Origin: Azolla caroliniana
Lineage: Eukaryota; Plantae; Polypodiophyta
Assembly (NCBI GenBank): GCA_043228905.1
Contig: JBHGNT010000003.1
Span: 14,818,001-14,882,000 of the forward strand
Length of the DNA: 64,000 bases
Direction of reading: 5' to 3'
Part shown: in pieces, positions 61,709 to 64,000 of the stretch
How the letters are laid out: each line of letters starts with the position of its first letter
Position numbering within the stretch: the first letter of the stretch is position 1
The notes under the pieces: generated by a model
Told to the model about the DNA's origin: nothing
The model's input: only the letters and a program-made list of their open reading frames with translations
The model's database searches: none
Position numbers and translations under genes: made by a program

Positions 61709-63130
61709 TTGACTCCTTCTCCAACACAATTACTTGTAAGTGAGCTCTTTCCTAAATCTTGTCATATGGATGATAGTGTTTTCATGAATATGGATGAGTC
61801 TCCAAATTCTGCAAAGGATGCATGCATGGTTGAGTCAGTTTCGAGCCCAAGAGGGGATGATAAAAGAAAACGATGTATTGGAGAAAATAGTAATGACATG
61901 TCTTATGTTGATGCAATGCGAGAAGATGATATTCAGAAAGATGATAGTCATTGGGAACATTTAAGATGCATGGAAAATATATTAATGGAAGATTGTATAA
62001 GGGAGAATGTGAAAGTTGCTGAGGAGTTTGTTGACGATGACGTGGCTAAGGTAGAAATTGATAATAAGGAGTTTTTGGGCTCATTTGCTAATTTCTGTGA
62101 TAAAGGGGTCATATTGTTTTTCACGGGGAAGATACCTTTCCTTTGGAGGGTCAAACAATGGTTATGTGGGATTTTACAAGTTGATTGTGTTCAGGATGTT
62201 TATGCCGGTCCACGTGGATTTTATGAGGTTGTTTTGGTATCACAAGAGTATAAAGAGAAATTACTAAATAAATTGCCAGTTTTTTATGAAAAAAGTTTGG
62301 TTCATATTGTTCTGTGGAGGCCACTAGTGGAATACCAAGATATATTAAAGCAAGCATGTCCCGTATGGGTTGAGGTAGAGTGCACATATTTAGTGGTTTG
62401 GCCAATATTACGGTCTGCAATGGAAAAGTTGGGAAAGATCTTGGTGTCTCCTAGTGCTAATGCTCAAAATCGATATCGAATGTGTATTCTTTGGAATATT
62501 GCTATAAAGAGGCCAAGTTGTTTACAGATTGCATGCTCTGGTATGCCACCTATGTATTTTCAACTTAAATGGGGTACATTTGCAGGACATTGTTTCCATT
62601 GTGGTGTGTTGGGGCATTTTATGGTTGAGTGTCCTCAAAAAAGAAATAATGTAGTGGAGGTGGTACATGAAGAGCCTACAAATCATGATCAGATTCAAAC
62701 TTTGACAATTTCAGAGCAAACAAAGGAACCACAAATTGTGAATGAGAAGGATGGAAAGACTCTAGAGGACGAAGGACAATGGTCAATAGTTTTTGGAAAG
62801 ATGAAGAAGTCTAATAAGAATGTTGGACATAATGTATCTATGGAGAAGGGCACACAGATTCAACAAACAAATCCCATGCGGAATAAACCATGGGCTCGTC
62901 AAGAGGAATATCCAAAGAAATTATCTTTTGATAATAAAGGTAATTTGTATGTTCCTTGGAATAAACGGAAATCGGTGCCTCGTTCACATGAGGAGCCATC
63001 AGGGTCTGGAGTTTTGCATTCTCATAGTAATTCATATGCAATCTTAGGGGATTTATTTCAGGATATGGCAGAAACATTAGCAGTGATGGAGAAAGAGATT
63101 TCTCGAATAAAAGGAAAAAATAAAGTATGA
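61709..63130 (+). CDS. L1 ORF1 (RRM/DUF4283-like region plus zinc knuckle); true ATG probably 61766
   Basis: GPRGFYEVV, CPVWVEV and CFHCGVLGHFMVEC motifs. Confidence 0.8.
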   Translation: MTPSPTQLLVSELFPKSCHMDDSVFMNMDESPNSAKDACMVESVSSPRGDDKRKRCIGENSNDMSYVDAMREDDIQKDDSHWEHLRCMENILMEDCIRENVKVAEEFVDDDVAKVEIDNKEFLGSFANFCDKGVILFFTGKIPFLWRVKQWLCGILQVDCVQDVYAGPRGFYEVVLVSQEYKEKLLNKLPVFYEKSLVHIVLWRPLVEYQDILKQACPVWVEVECTYLVVWPILRSAMEKLGKILVSPSANAQNRYRMCILWNIAIKRPSCLQIACSGMPPMYFQLKWGTFAGHCFHCGVLGHFMVECPQKRNNVVEVVHEEPTNHDQIQTLTISEQTKEPQIVNEKDGKTLEDEGQWSIVFGKMKKSNKNVGHNVSMEKGTQIQQTNPMRNKPWARQEEYPKKLSFDNKGNLYVPWNKRKSVPRSHEEPSGSGVLHSHSNSYAILGDLFQDMAETLAVMEKEISRIKGKNKV

Positions 63131-63733
63131 AGACCACCACATGGAATGTGAGGGGTTTGTGTTCTAGATTTAGAATGCATGAGGTTTGGAGGATTGTGTT
63201 AAGTGAGCAATGGGATGTTTTATGTGCAGTAGAGCATAAAGATCATCGTAATGCTGGTTTAATTAGTTGTTCTAAGGGTTATACATTATGTTATGCTGGC
63301 AAGGTTCATGGGGATTATTCTGGGATTGTCATGTTTATAAGAGATAAATTTCACCCAAAAGTAATTGTTTCAGATGAATTTGGAAGATTTATTGTGGTAG
63401 AGATATGTTATGAAGGACAAGTTCTTTGGTTAGTTGGTGTGTATGCACCGAATGTTTCACCAGAACGAAAGTTGTTATGGAGATCTCTGACCTCGATGCT
63501 CGATAATGGTAGACCCGATTTATTGATGGGAGATTTTAATGTTTGTTGTGAGAAAAATCAATTAACATCCATCCACTCTATTATGGATGGACTAGAGGCT
63601 CAAGAATGGGGAGATTTTGAGACTGAAATCATGTTAAGGGATGTACGGAAGTGGATTAAGGGAGATGAACCTGGTTATACCTTTCAATCAGCTCAATATA
63701 AGGATACTTGGAGTAGGTTGAATCAAATGTATG
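63127..63733 (+). pseudogene. L1 ORF2 APE endonuclease, interrupted by an LTR
   Basis: TWNVRGL, GVYAPN, MGDFN, GYTF and WSRLNQMY motifs, then an abrupt switch. Confidence 0.85.
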
Positions 63734-64000
63734 TGTTAGCCAGCCGAGCCGGCAAGGAGTGGAGGACAGTCCAGAATATGAAAGGGCAAGAATAATCGGA
63801 AGCTGTTATTAGGATATTAAGTAATTAAGTAGATTTTAGAGAAGTGAACGAACGGAACGGAATTGCTATGCCGATCCGGATCCGGACCGGTTCATATTAG
63901 TGTGCCGGTTGGCACCGTTTGTATGCAGAATCGATGATCTATAAAAAGGCCGGTTACATTGTAAATGACGACAGATAATTAAGAAAGCTCTATTTTCTTA
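63734..64000 (+). mobile_element. Start of an LTR inserted in L1 ORF2 (runs off window)
   Basis: Begins TGTTAG at the point where endonuclease homology stops; TATAAAAA at ~63941. Confidence 0.6.

Larger units (their letters stand above)
61491..63733 (+). mobile_element. L1-clade LINE 5' portion
   Basis: ORF1 followed by an ATGA-overlapping ORF2 with endonuclease motifs. The 5' end is placed at the (GA)n tract by inference. Confidence 0.85.

Overview
Plant nuclear DNA, most likely a fern or other non-seed vascular plant (inferred from a PLS-PPR gene ending in a short E domain and a Tcn1-like chromovirus). There are two host genes, both on the minus strand: a 7-exon RING-H2 E3 ligase (7914-13214) and an intronless PLS-class PPR gene (58875-61208). 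Between them, a single ~4.5 kb RTEX-like LINE has been inflated to ~43 kb (13639-56420) by a five-level nest of LTR retrotransposons, most junctions confirmed by target-site duplications (TSDs). The nest holds five decayed Ty1/copia copies of one family, several with an unusual C-terminal Pol extension between duplicated polypurine tracts. It also holds one intact, very young Tnt1/Tork-like copia and two tRNA-Trp-primed, 4-bp-TSD, pol-less 'gag-only' LTR elements, one inside the other. More copies of the Trp-primed family and gypsy remnants fill 1-6000, and an L1 interrupted by another LTR ends the window. Best candidates for new biology: (i) antisense tRNA-derived A/B-box modules in the U3 of two unrelated LTR lineages, (ii) the Trp-primed gag-only family with an intact 741-aa ORF, (iii) the copia Pol tail, and (iv) (CT)n-associated LINE insertion next to gene promoters. 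All calls are by-eye pattern recognition; no database searches were run.
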